This document shows positions 37,166 through 47,141 of a stretch of DNA of 64,000 bases, in pieces; position 1 is the first letter of the stretch, and each line of letters opens with the position of its first letter. Under the pieces are notes generated by a model, which was not told the DNA's origin, did no database searches, and worked only from the letters and a program-made list of their open reading frames with translations. Source of the stretch: Candidatus Saccharimonadota bacterium (lineage in GTDB: Bacteria > Patescibacteriota > Saccharimonadia > Saccharimonadales > Saccharimonadaceae). Where the stretch lies: the NCBI GenBank assembly GCA_028289015.1, contig JAQGHC010000015.1, positions 9,210 to 73,209 of the forward strand, given 5' to 3'. Made by a program: the position numbers and the translations under genes.

Positions 37166-37332
37166 GATTATAGCTCTTTTCGGTAGGTGGGTGTATTCGC
37201 TGAACTCGATTTTAAAGCCAACGTCATAGTATAATGGAGGCTTCAAAACATAAACCTACTCTATCATTTTTATATGAATTCGTCAATTTACAGTGGCGCG
37301 GTAGCCTGGTTGCATGATACGATAGAATAAAT

Positions 37333-38082
37333 ATGACTCTTGTCGTTCTCATTATTACAATTCTTTTAGGTAGTGCTCTTTCGTTTATCGGCGGCCTATT
37401 GTTGCTTCGTGCTAAGAAGAATCGCGAATTGGCTATATTATTAACACTTCCCTTCGGTGCGGGCGCATTACTTGCAGCTGCATTCTTTGACTTGTTACCC
37501 GAAGCTTTTGAGCTTGGCGAACCGCGAGATTTGCTTATGTGGACACTTGGCGGCTTTACTCTTTTCTTTGTCTTGGAGCGCTGCGCAACGTGGTTTCATC
37601 ACCATCACGAACATGAAGCCAAAGCTCATCAGAATGTTCAGCAGCGCCGCTTAATTGTCATCGGCGACGTTATGCACAACGCCATTGATGGCTTGGCAAT
37701 TGGAACGGCCTTCCTGGTTAGTGTTCCAACTGGTGTGATCACTGCCCTAGCAGTCAGTGCGCACGAGATTCCAAAAGAACTCGGGACATTTGCCCTATTG
37801 CTCTCGCGGGGATGGAAGAACAGAACGGTCTTGCTGGCGAATGTGGCGACTGCCCTTGCAACGATCTGTACTGCCTTGCTGGTATTTTTCCTGGGAACTG
37901 ACGCCCATATTCCTATCGGTCCGCTTCTTGCGTTGACGGCTGGATTCTTTATCTATGTTGCGGCCAGCGATATTATTCCGGATATTCACGAGCAACCTCG
38001 TCGTATGGGGACGATTCAGGCGGCGATGCTTGTGGGAGGTATCTTGATTGTCGGTACAGTTATCACGTTGCTTGGTGTCTAG
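37333..38082 (+). CDS. ZIP-family zinc transporter
   Basis: AGALLAAAFFDLLPEA, His-rich loop HHHHEHE, GDVMHNAIDG, AHEIPKELG, YVAASDIIP. Confidence 0.93.
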   Translation: MTLVVLIITILLGSALSFIGGLLLLRAKKNRELAILLTLPFGAGALLAAAFFDLLPEAFELGEPRDLLMWTLGGFTLFFVLERCATWFHHHHEHEAKAHQNVQQRRLIVIGDVMHNAIDGLAIGTAFLVSVPTGVITALAVSAHEIPKELGTFALLLSRGWKNRTVLLANVATALATICTALLVFFLGTDAHIPIGPLLALTAGFFIYVAASDIIPDIHEQPRRMGTIQAAMLVGGILIVGTVITLLGV

Positions 38083-38090
38083 TAATTAAC

Positions 38091-38654
38091 TTAGAGCTCG
38101 TGACTTGTCACTTCGATAGTTCCGATACAAAAGGTATTGATTAGCTCGACGACCTTTGGGGCAATCGTTTCTTTTAGCATTTCGGACTCAGATTTTGTAA
38201 AGTGACTTAATACGAAATCGGCGTCATGGATGCGATCGCGTAGTTCGTTGTAGATGCCTACGCGAATGCGTGCGTAATTTGCGCCTAAGTGCGCGTTTAA
38301 GGACTTGATGCCGTTATTCCCAGCATCTCGCCCACTTTCACGAATGCGAAGTGTGCCAAGTGGTAACGCGAGGTCGTCGTGGATGGCAATCAGGTCTGTA
38401 CTGACATTTAATTTGTAAAAATCGATAAGCGCACGCGCCGCCTGACCTGTTTCGTTATAAAAAGTGGCGGGTTTTACTAATAACACCTTTTCTCCTGCAA
38501 TTGAGAGCTCGGCAATGTCCGCATGAAACTTTGGTTTTTTGACAAACTCTGCTCGGTATTGCGCTGCCAAAGTGTCGACTATTAAAAATCCCACGTTGTG
38601 GCGGGTGTTGGCATACTGTGCGCCTGGATTTCCTTGGGCAAAAATGATTTTCAT
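38091..38654 (-). CDS. pth: Peptidyl-tRNA hydrolase
   Basis: GNPGAQYANTRHNVGF, KPATFYNETG, HDDLALP, GNNGIKS. Confidence 0.96.
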   Translation of the reverse strand: MKIIFAQGNPGAQYANTRHNVGFLIVDTLAAQYRAEFVKKPKFHADIAELSIAGEKVLLVKPATFYNETGQAARALIDFYKLNVSTDLIAIHDDLALPLGTLRIRESGRDAGNNGIKSLNAHLGANYARIRVGIYNELRDRIHDADFVLSHFTKSESEMLKETIAPKVVELINTFCIGTIEVTSHEL

Positions 38655-38731
38655 ACTAGCGTATATTATAGACCATTGACGTCAGCATATCTTGTTGTAT
38701 GATTAGTAAAGCCACCAGCTGTTGAACTGAG

Positions 38732-38992
38732 ATGACTCAATTTGCAACAGGTAGAGTGTTGGCCGACGCGGGTTATTCAATTTTATTTGAAGGAGCGGAC
38801 GTGGATATAGAATGGTTGAAAAATATTGGCCCTCAACTGGGTGAATGTCTTAGCTGGTTGTTCGGTAATTTGGTGCTGGCCGCAATTATTGCCGGCGGCG
38901 TCGTGATTGGACTCGCGCTATTGGTCATTCTTATTCATCAGATTCGCGAGTCTCGTAGGACTTCTCTCAATAGTGACATCGACGAGCAGTAG
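38732..38992 (+). CDS. Small membrane protein (ORFan cassette)
   Basis: One TM segment; likely start GTG 38801 after AAGGAG; TTGACG promoter upstream; GC-rich terminator 39000-39049. Confidence 0.6.
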   Translation: MTQFATGRVLADAGYSILFEGADVDIEWLKNIGPQLGECLSWLFGNLVLAAIIAGGVVIGLALLVILIHQIRESRRTSLNSDIDEQ

Positions 38993-39162
38993 GTTGTTCG
39001 CCCCCCTCGCCATCGGTGTAATTTGCTGATGGTGAGGGGCTATTTTTTTGAGTCTTTGCTGGTAAGGTGATTAAGCTCACACTATAAAATAATATTGTTA
39101 TTTGCAGTATTATATGGGATTATTAATACATAAGAGTTGAGTGAGGAATATAAGAAAGAGAG

Positions 39163-40428
39163 GTGTTTATGGTGAAGAAATTCAAACAAGCCCAGAACAA
39201 AGTAGCAGAACTTGCTCGCCGCGCCGGTTTTTATGCCCGCCGCTTGCGTGCAGAAAAAATTACTAAACGCGTCGTGATGTCTGTCACTGCGTTTGCTTTA
39301 GTATTACAGCTTACTGCTGGAGCATTTCCATTTGCAAATACGACCGTTGGTGCGGTTGGTGATGATAATATTATTCGCGGTGGCATTACAAGCAAAGAAG
39401 ATTTGCTGGCGATGTACGATCGCAATTCGGACAGCGGCGGACACAATGATATTCAACAAATCTACTCACACTTCGGTGTATCTCGACAGGATATTGCCAA
39501 TTCTACTATGGGTACCTATAAAACGAACGATTTTAACGGACAATTAAAAACAATTGGTCGTACTAATTGGCCAAACAGCGGCCGCACGGAAGTGACCGTA
39601 GAGGGTACAAGTACTTCAATTTATGCCGGTCCGTTCTTGGATAATGCAAACACAAAAGCATTTGTCATGCCTGCTTTGATTGGTAAACGCGCGGCTGACG
39701 GTCAGTGGTTTGCTGTTACCTTGAACTGTGGCAATATCGTCTATTCCGCCACCCCTGCTCCACTACCAAAGCCAGTCGCTGCACAATGCACGTCTTTGTC
39801 GGCAACGCGAACAGGCCGATCAAATTTCAAGTTTGCAACCAAGCATACAGCTGGCAGCGATACGGCTCAAGACATTACGTATGTCATCTCTGATGCTAGC
39901 GGCAAGGAAATAGCTCGCTCGACAAGCTCAACATACACACAGACAGAAGCTGGCACATATACGGTCAAGGCTATCGTTAATGTAACTGACGCTGAAGGTA
40001 AACAAAAAACAATTTCGTCCGACGCTTGCCGTACGCAGATTACCGTACCGCCTGCTGCCACAGGATCATCAACCTCCCCTAAAAGGTGTACAATTCCTGG
40101 AAAAGAAGATTTGTCCGCAACTGACCCTAGTTGCAAAGAAGAAGTTATGTGTACGGTTGTCGGAAGAGAGGATTTGCCTGCCGATGATCCAGCCTGTGTT
40201 GAACCCGCGCCTGCTGTGACGACGCCTAAGTGTACGATTGCGGGCAAGACAGATCTAGACGCAAACAGCCCAGACTGCGTTGTGGATAGAACTGCTCCGC
40301 CAGCGGCACTCCCTGAAACTGGCTTAGGTGAAGACATCTTAAGAGTCACCGGATTCGGATCGCTGATCGCTGCAATCGGTTATTACGTCGCTAGCCGTCG
40401 TGGCCTACTAAGTGCTCTCACCGACTGA
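39163..40428 (+). CDS. Cell-surface protein with Ig/PKD-like domain, Cys-rich repeats and LPETG sorting signal
   Basis: N-terminal signal, GTYTVKAIV Ig-like strand, 3x CT..G..DL....P.C, LPETG + hydrophobic segment + RR. Confidence 0.85.
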   Translation: MFMVKKFKQAQNKVAELARRAGFYARRLRAEKITKRVVMSVTAFALVLQLTAGAFPFANTTVGAVGDDNIIRGGITSKEDLLAMYDRNSDSGGHNDIQQIYSHFGVSRQDIANSTMGTYKTNDFNGQLKTIGRTNWPNSGRTEVTVEGTSTSIYAGPFLDNANTKAFVMPALIGKRAADGQWFAVTLNCGNIVYSATPAPLPKPVAAQCTSLSATRTGRSNFKFATKHTAGSDTAQDITYVISDASGKEIARSTSSTYTQTEAGTYTVKAIVNVTDAEGKQKTISSDACRTQITVPPAATGSSTSPKRCTIPGKEDLSATDPSCKEEVMCTVVGREDLPADDPACVEPAPAVTTPKCTIAGKTDLDANSPDCVVDRTAPPAALPETGLGEDILRVTGFGSLIAAIGYYVASRRGLLSALTD

Positions 40429-40493
40429 TAGCGTCAGTTTGGGCAGTAGTATAGTATCCAATACCCCCGACCGTGTAAAGGCCAGGGGTATTT

Positions 40494-41936
40494 TTATAGA
40501 GTTGGTTCTTTGCGGTCTTTGAGGTCCTGAAGATCTTTTGCGTGTTTTTCTTTTTTCTCTTCTTTAGATTTCTTCGTCACAGGCTCTTTACCTTGCGCAA
40601 TTAGCTCTTTATTAGCTTTAATCTGTTTTTCGTCACGGAAGCTAAATTTAATTGGTGTACCGGCAAAGTTAAACTCTTCGCGGACGAGGCGCTCCAGGTA
40701 GCGTTTGTAGCTCCAGTGAATAAACTTTAGGTTGCTGCCGTAAATAACGAACCACGGTGGCGACGTGTCAGTTTGTACCATATAGCGAAGTTTTGGGTGC
40801 GTGTTCTTTAGGCCTGCTGGCGGGTGTTTTTGAACGGCATTTTGCAGCAGGTCGTTTAGTTTACGAGTTTTACATTCTTGCTTGCGACGAGCGTCAATAT
40901 CTAATGCAAGGTCAAACAGCTTGGTGACGTTCTGACCAGTGACACTGCTGGTGAAAATTAATGGTGCCCAAGGCGTAAACTTGAAATTACGCGCAATCGT
41001 TGGCGCTAGGGCGTCACGAGTGTAGGCGTCTTTATCTTCGACGCTATCCCATTTACTAACGACAATGACCATGCCCTTGCCTGCTTCGTCGATGATGCCT
41101 GCAAGTCGTTGGTCTAGCTGAGTGTTTAATTCATTCACGTCCATCAATAGAAAACAAACGTCAGACTCTTCGATTGCCTGTAATGTGCGAAGTACAGAGA
41201 ATTTCTCGATACCAACTTCTTGTTTGCCTGGTTTTCGCATGCCAGCAGTATCAAGGAGCTCAATATCACGCGCCCCGTAACGGATTGATATACGGTTAAC
41301 GTCGCGGGTCGTGCCGGCGATGTTTGCGACTAGTGCCTGCTGTTTGCCTGCAAGTGTGTTGAATAAGTTGCTTTTGCCAACGTTTGGACGGCCGATAAGT
41401 GAAACGCGCAGGATGTCGTCAGGTGTTTCTTCGAACTGGGCAGGAATAAGAGTAACGATTTCGTCGAGGATATCAAGAATACCTTGGTTGTGTTCGGCTG
41501 AGGCACGAATAATTGATTTGATGCCTAGACGCTTAAATTCGTCATTAGGTAGGCTTTCTTTAAGATCGGCCTTGTTTGTGACAAGTAAGACTGGCTTTTT
41601 GCTACGCAGCGCTTTTTTGGCAACTAATTTATCTTGATCGCTGGCGTACTGACTGCTGTCGACGACAACAAGAATAACATCAGCGGCATCTGCGGCTTCG
41701 GTGATTTGCTCTTGAATAGATGCTTCGAACTCGTCATTAGGATCTTTAAGACCGGCGGTGTCAACCAGCCAGAAATTGTGATAATTATATTCCACACGGC
41801 CAAGGACGTTGTCGCGAGTCGTTCCTGCTTCTCGGGCAACAATAGCCTGCTGAGAGCGGACAAGACGATTAAAAAGCGAACTCTTACCGACGTTCGCTTG
41901 CCCAATGATTGCTACTGTTGGTAACTTTGATGCCAT
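40494..41936 (-). CDS. der: Ribosome biogenesis GTPase Der
   Basis: Two GTPase domains (GQANVGKSS...DTAG; GRPNVGKSN...DTAG) and C-terminal SYKRYLE...FAGTPI. Confidence 0.97.
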   Translation of the reverse strand: MASKLPTVAIIGQANVGKSSLFNRLVRSQQAIVAREAGTTRDNVLGRVEYNYHNFWLVDTAGLKDPNDEFEASIQEQITEAADAADVILVVVDSSQYASDQDKLVAKKALRSKKPVLLVTNKADLKESLPNDEFKRLGIKSIIRASAEHNQGILDILDEIVTLIPAQFEETPDDILRVSLIGRPNVGKSNLFNTLAGKQQALVANIAGTTRDVNRISIRYGARDIELLDTAGMRKPGKQEVGIEKFSVLRTLQAIEESDVCFLLMDVNELNTQLDQRLAGIIDEAGKGMVIVVSKWDSVEDKDAYTRDALAPTIARNFKFTPWAPLIFTSSVTGQNVTKLFDLALDIDARRKQECKTRKLNDLLQNAVQKHPPAGLKNTHPKLRYMVQTDTSPPWFVIYGSNLKFIHWSYKRYLERLVREEFNFAGTPIKFSFRDEKQIKANKELIAQGKEPVTKKSKEEKKEKHAKDLQDLKDRKEPTL

Positions 41937-42065
41937 AACTTTGATTAATTATAACAGAGATGGAATTAGTTTGCGAGCATAAGTGGCATGCCTCAGGTGT
42001 CATTATATGAAATTCGCCTCGCTTCCTCATGCATAATTGCACAGGAAGCGAGGCGGAACCTCGCA

Positions 42066-42446
42066 CTAACTAGTCAGAACTACTTTCGTTCCCTCGTCAG
42101 TTTTTACGAAGCAAAAGCTGCGAACGATGGGTTCGTGGTCGGGATTGCCGCTTTTAAAAGTCTTAGCCAGTGCGACAAACAGGCTCGAGAAGATGCCGAG
42201 GTAGACCAGGATGTTGCAGATCGACAGATCAAGGAACCTGTCTTCTGCTTCGCGCGCGCGGCGAAAGATGACAGCCTCTGCGCCATCAAGGGAGTAAACT
42301 GTCAGCGTCTTGGACTGCGCGTGGAACACTCCGTTGTAGGCAGTGAAATTATTCAGGTCAAGGATTTGGCGACGTGCATGCATCGAATCGGTGTAGTGGA
42401 TTGTGCAGGTGGATTGGGGCAAACGGGTGTTGAGAACATCCAGCAT
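42066..42446 (-). CDS. Hypothetical protein (ORFan cassette)
   Basis: 126 aa; GGAG RBS, TTGACT...TATAGT promoter, 13-bp hairpin 42015-42055 downstream. Confidence 0.6.
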   Translation of the reverse strand: MLDVLNTRLPQSTCTIHYTDSMHARRQILDLNNFTAYNGVFHAQSKTLTVYSLDGAEAVIFRRAREAEDRFLDLSICNILVYLGIFSSLFVALAKTFKSGNPDHEPIVRSFCFVKTDEGTKVVLTS

Positions 42447-42533
42447 TAGTAGCTCCGGTTTGTAGAGGTGCGAGATACAATCACTATATCACTTATATGT
42501 AAATAAGTCAATATATTTTACATACTATATCAC

Positions 42534-43235
42534 TTAGCGCATATCGACGATTTCAAACTTCCCAGGTTTTATATCGCCAATCGAATAATTGCCAAAGTTG
42601 GTACGATGAAGCTTCTTAACTTCATAGCCAAGACTATTAAAGGTACGTCGGATCTGGCGATTACGACCCTCGCTCATCGTTACCTTCCAGTCGAGTCGAT
42701 CCTCTTCTGATAATCGTTCAAGTATTATCTTGCTTGGTCCGTCTTCGAGCTGTACGCCGTAGTCGCTAATCATTTGCTGATGAAGCGGTTCTAATTCGCG
42801 GTCTAATCGAACATTGTAAATCTTTGTCTTTTCAAACTTCGGATGAGTCAAACGGTAGGTAAAGTCGCCGTCGTTCGTTAGAATAATTAAGCCTGAACTA
42901 TTAAAATCAAGACGCCCCACTGTCTTTAAATGATGGTATTCGGGTGGCAGTAACTCGTAAATTGTTGGTAGATCACCTTGTGAGCGACGAGAACAGACAT
43001 AGCCTGCGGGCTTATTAAGTGCAAGATACTGAAAGGCAGTTTTAGCGACGAGTGCTTCACCATGTACAGTTATTTTGTCGGTTTCGGCAATTCGCGCTCC
43101 CAGGTTGATGACGATATCATTTACTTTCACGTAGCCGCGTTCGATATATTCATCGGCTTCGCGTCGTGAAAAGCCCATATGTAAGGCAAGGTATTTGTTA
43201 AGACGTATTGTCTTGTCTGATTCAGGCTGGATCAT
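42534..43235 (-). CDS. RsuA/RluB-family pseudouridine synthase
   Basis: S4 domain RLNKYLA..SRREAD, NKPAGYV, catalytic VGRLD..SSGL, EGRNRQIRR. Confidence 0.95.
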   Translation of the reverse strand: MIQPESDKTIRLNKYLALHMGFSRREADEYIERGYVKVNDIVINLGARIAETDKITVHGEALVAKTAFQYLALNKPAGYVCSRRSQGDLPTIYELLPPEYHHLKTVGRLDFNSSGLIILTNDGDFTYRLTHPKFEKTKIYNVRLDRELEPLHQQMISDYGVQLEDGPSKIILERLSEEDRLDWKVTMSEGRNRQIRRTFNSLGYEVKKLHRTNFGNYSIGDIKPGKFEIVDMR

Positions 43236-43256
43236 AGTGACTTGATTATAGCATCT

Positions 43257-44246
43257 TTACGCATGAGGCGCAGGGTCTGCAGGGTTAAAGGGAGAGCCAG
43301 GTTGAGATGACGGCGAAGTTGCCGATCCGTTTGGGTCGTCAAAATTAATCGCAGTGGCGCCATGCATTTCGGTTGGTAGTAGTGGCGTTGCTGATGCAAT
43401 AGCTGGTGCTACTGGAGGCTGCGGGAATGCGGGCGGTTGTTGTTGTGCGAATACGGCGGGTTGCTGAGATTGAGTGAAAGCTGGTTGAGGTGGCGCAGCG
43501 GGTGTCGGGCTTAAGGTGGGTGCTTGAGCCCGATTTAATTCTTGGTCGATAAGACTGCCAAGATCAGGTCGTGGTAATGCGGTTGACGCTACCGGGTGGA
43601 TGATACGATCCCCAAGGTTAGCTGGGCGTGGCGTCGAAAATGGCGCTGTTGGCTGCGGTAACCCTGTGGGTCCAGGCGCTGGCATGGGCGCAGGTTGAAC
43701 TGTGGGTTGAGGCGCAGTACCGTTAAAAGAAGGCACTGGTGTTGCGTATTGCGCTGAAGGTGGTGTTTGATAGGTCGGCGCTGGTTGGCGTGGTGGTACT
43801 GTGGGCGTCGTGCTACGCGGTAGCGCGCTTGGCGCAGGAGTGCCAAATGTTTGTGCCGCAGATGGTGTGATGACGGGTGCGTCCCCTAGTACGTCATGGA
43901 CGGTACGGACGACATCCTCGATGCCTACTTGGGACTTGACGAGGTAACGGTCTGCGCCAAGGGCCTCACCGCGTGCTCGCTGGTCTTCGCTACTTAAAGC
44001 TGTCATCATAATAACTTTGATAGTTCTTGTCTCTGTTGTAGACCGCAAGATATCTAACATATCAAAGCCACTAATCTTTGGCATCATAACGTCGCTAACG
44101 ATTAATTCTGGGCGTTCTTTGATTGCCATCGCAAGCGCTTCTTCGCCGTCGCCGGCGGATACGATATCATATCCTTCAGCCAGTAGGCGTACGCCATAAA
44201 TTTCGCGCAGGCTTTTATCATCTTCTACCAGTAGTATTTTGGTCAT
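43257..44246 (-). CDS. Response regulator receiver with long Pro/Gln-rich disordered tail
   Basis: ILLVEDD, SDVMMP, TAL, YLVK; no DNA-binding output domain. Confidence 0.9.
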   Translation of the reverse strand: MTKILLVEDDKSLREIYGVRLLAEGYDIVSAGDGEEALAMAIKERPELIVSDVMMPKISGFDMLDILRSTTETRTIKVIMMTALSSEDQRARGEALGADRYLVKSQVGIEDVVRTVHDVLGDAPVITPSAAQTFGTPAPSALPRSTTPTVPPRQPAPTYQTPPSAQYATPVPSFNGTAPQPTVQPAPMPAPGPTGLPQPTAPFSTPRPANLGDRIIHPVASTALPRPDLGSLIDQELNRAQAPTLSPTPAAPPQPAFTQSQQPAVFAQQQPPAFPQPPVAPAIASATPLLPTEMHGATAINFDDPNGSATSPSSQPGSPFNPADPAPHA

Positions 44247-44311
44247 ATTATCCTTTATTGTACTGAAGAGCTACAGAAAATGCTATAGCTCTTATGTTTT
44301 ATTTTTATTTC

Positions 44312-46369
44312 TTACTGGCGTGGTGGGATTGTCATGCTATCTCCCCGATTTTGCATGTACTGATTCGGGTTATTTTCGATTGCGGAAAGCGGTGTATTCG
44401 GTTGAGGTTGGGTTGAAAGTGGCCTAGGAATTTGCGATACGTATGGTTGCTGAGTTTGGGGAGGCGCGGACTGTTCGGGCGTCAGGGGTTGAAGTTGAGC
44501 AGGCTGTTGGTATGCTAACGTCGGCAGCGTAGCTGGCTGGGGTGCAGGAGTGGCGTAAGTAGCAGGCTGTGGCGCGACACTAGTCGGTATGGCTATATTC
44601 GTAAAGCCCATATTGTCTTGAAGCGGTATTTGCGGCGCACTCGTGCCGTCTTGGTAGGCGCCGTACATGCGAGTTTGGTCGTTTGCTTTGGCTTCTTGTC
44701 GTACGCTCGCCTCTTCGATCATCCGCATTGCGTCTTCGTGGCTGGTGCGAGGAAACTCGACAAAAAATGTACTACCTCGTTTGTATTCGCTATCTACCCA
44801 TATGCGCCCACCCATTGTTTCGGTCAGACGGCGACAAAGATATAATCCCAGTCCGGTGCCGCCAATTTCACGAGTTTCACTATTGTCGACACGATAAAAC
44901 TTTTGGAAAAGGTGTAGCTGGTCTTCCTTGGGTATGCCGATGCCGCTGTCGGCAATACTAATTTTAACGTGATCGTTGTCACCTGTAATATCGACGACGA
45001 CATCACCCTTGGGGGTGTACTTTATCGCATTTTCAATTAAGTTACCTATTACTTCTCGTAAGTGGTCATTATCAACGTTGATATAATACACCGGATTAAG
45101 ACGACGTTCGCTCGCGATATCGTCAGGGAGCGGTTTAAATAGTGTTACCAGTCCTTTTGCGTCTGCGTGCGGTTTAAGTCCTTGTATTATATCATGAGTA
45201 AACGTCACGATATCGACGACCTTTGGATTGTTGGATAGACGGCCGTCATCTGCTTTGGTGACATCCAGTAGGTCCTGGAATAGACGCCCAAGGTGCTGCG
45301 CCGATTCGTGGGCTTTGTTAATGAAATCTCGTGCGCGGACATCAATTGTTGCCGTCGCAGGGTTTAATGAGAGGCCGAGGTACCCTTCAATCGATGCGAC
45401 CGGTGTGCGCATTTCGTGGCTGGCGGTACTGATAAACTCAGCTTGTTCGCGTTCCTCTGATTTTTCTTTGGTGATATCGCGAAATACGATAATAACACCC
45501 GAGCCTAACTGCCCTGCAGGCGAGACATTAATTGAAACCAATATTTTTTTTTCAGAATTAGTAAGGAGAGACAGCATGTTGGTCGTGAGTTGTTTGTTGG
45601 TGGCGAGCGCTTCAGCGATTGGATCAGTCGCTGGCGTTACTTCCGCCCCATTTTTATCGAGTAATCTTAGGACGGACTTGTAGTCGAGTGCTAGCGCGTC
45701 TTGTTTGCCCCACCCTATGATTTGCTGTGCAGCCGGATTAATCAGCTGTATGAGTCCTTGACTATTGACCGCAATCACTCCGTCGGCAATGGCGTTGATG
45801 ACAACTTCTGATTTATTAGCTACTTGATTTAGCTCAGTGGCAAGGTCGCGGTACGCGCGGTTACTTGAATCGTCGCCAGCTGATTTTGTGTGCCAAATGA
45901 AATAACTTATAAGGAGTGGTAACTCTCCCGCAAGGACAACAGTGACAATAGACTCCCTGGAGAGTGATCCGCTGACATATTGTGTCACTATAAAGACCAT
46001 CATCGCGATAAACAGCGGCAAAATGCCATAGGCGCCAAATATGCCCGAAAAGACAGCGACCATCATCCAAAGAGCGATAAATGGCGACGAGTTACCCCCC
46101 GTACTAAGTATTAAGGCTGCCGATGTGATCGCAAGAACCATAAAAGCGGTCCACGAGCCCCAAAAGATGTATTTTTGTGGCGCCCAAAAGTACGAAGCTA
46201 AGCTGGCAAGACCTGCCGTGCCTGCTAATAATGCGACCGTGTCGCTAACAAGCAAAGCTGAACCAATATCATTTACACCCGTAAAGTACGCCCAGCAATA
46301 TAGCGCCAAAATAATGGACGCAACTAAGATAATCGCTTCGCAGATACGGCGATGCCAAAAGCGTGTCAA
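44312..46369 (-). CDS. Membrane PAS sensor histidine kinase
   Basis: Several TM segments, PAS, ASHEMRTP H-box, NLIENAIKY, DSGIGI, FQKFYRV, GGTGLGL; Pro/Gln tail. Confidence 0.93.
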   Translation of the reverse strand: MTRFWHRRICEAIILVASIILALYCWAYFTGVNDIGSALLVSDTVALLAGTAGLASLASYFWAPQKYIFWGSWTAFMVLAITSAALILSTGGNSSPFIALWMMVAVFSGIFGAYGILPLFIAMMVFIVTQYVSGSLSRESIVTVVLAGELPLLISYFIWHTKSAGDDSSNRAYRDLATELNQVANKSEVVINAIADGVIAVNSQGLIQLINPAAQQIIGWGKQDALALDYKSVLRLLDKNGAEVTPATDPIAEALATNKQLTTNMLSLLTNSEKKILVSINVSPAGQLGSGVIIVFRDITKEKSEEREQAEFISTASHEMRTPVASIEGYLGLSLNPATATIDVRARDFINKAHESAQHLGRLFQDLLDVTKADDGRLSNNPKVVDIVTFTHDIIQGLKPHADAKGLVTLFKPLPDDIASERRLNPVYYINVDNDHLREVIGNLIENAIKYTPKGDVVVDITGDNDHVKISIADSGIGIPKEDQLHLFQKFYRVDNSETREIGGTGLGLYLCRRLTETMGGRIWVDSEYKRGSTFFVEFPRTSHEDAMRMIEEASVRQEAKANDQTRMYGAYQDGTSAPQIPLQDNMGFTNIAIPTSVAPQPATYATPAPQPATLPTLAYQQPAQLQPLTPEQSAPPQTQQPYVSQIPRPLSTQPQPNTPLSAIENNPNQYMQNRGDSMTIPPRQ

Positions 46370-46466
46370 CGTTAATGGTTTGATTCGAGTGCCCCCTATT
46401 TATTCGGTATAATGCTTGTGCATGATTATGACGAAAAAAAACTGATTACGCAAGTTAAATTAAAAG

Positions 46467-46521
46467 CGCTTCGCGCTATACACAAAGAGCGCGAAGCATC
46501 TGTTGTGTATAGCGCGAAGCG
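46467..46521. repeat. Perfect 19-bp inverted repeat with a third partial arm in the loop
   Basis: CGCTTCGCGCTATACACAA / TTGTGTATAGCGCGAAGCG; the loop contains AGCGCGAAGC. Confidence 0.85.
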
Positions 46522-46528
46522 GTACCTT

Positions 46529-46813
46529 TTATGTGGAGTCGGCGGTGGGCGTGTAGGCGTGGCCAAGACGAGCTTTCATCGGGTCATCAAGACGGACAAT
46601 TGAGGCCTTGATGCCAGCCAGATCGCGCTTGAGCTTTTCAAGCAGATCGGTGTCATCCGGATCAGTGTCTTCGATCTTTGCCGCTATGGCGTCTCGCTTG
46701 TTGGCCAGTTCTTTGAGGTCCCTTCTGACATGTGTGACCGGTCGAAGTATTTCTCCGATATTGATGCTCAGTACTGGTGCAATGAGCTTGTCTGTCTGAT
46801 TATCATCGGACAT
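46529..46813 (-). CDS. Small helical hypothetical protein (ORFan cassette)
   Basis: 94 aa, coiled-coil-like; GAAGGTG upstream; hairpin downstream. Confidence 0.6.
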   Translation of the reverse strand: MSDDNQTDKLIAPVLSINIGEILRPVTHVRRDLKELANKRDAIAAKIEDTDPDDTDLLEKLKRDLAGIKASIVRLDDPMKARLGHAYTPTADST

Positions 46814-47141
46814 CTTCTTCACCTTCTCTCGTTGTTAAGGTAATTTTATTAAAACACGACTATTACGCCATGTGCAAGTAAATTGAGCGGCGTTCGATGA
46901 CTAGAGTTTGCAGGGCGGCGTCGCGGATACTGGTATTGCGTACTCAATCACTAACTGCTTTGACTCCCCCCCTTTTTTTGTATGGCGAGTTTGTTTCTAT
47001 AAGCTGTTGTAGGTGTGGGCTATGGCCAGTTAACTCCTTCCGGCCTATATCCTCAGCCGGTATTGGTGCATGACAGCGACCCAATAAGCGGATTGCTTAA
47101 CGTTCAACACCATTTAGTATTATGTTATTTTTTGTAACGCA

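Noticed and set aside
41988..42449. 153-aa + strand ORF
   Set aside because: It is antisense to the 42066 ORF, which has the promoter, RBS and terminator, and it runs through the hairpin.
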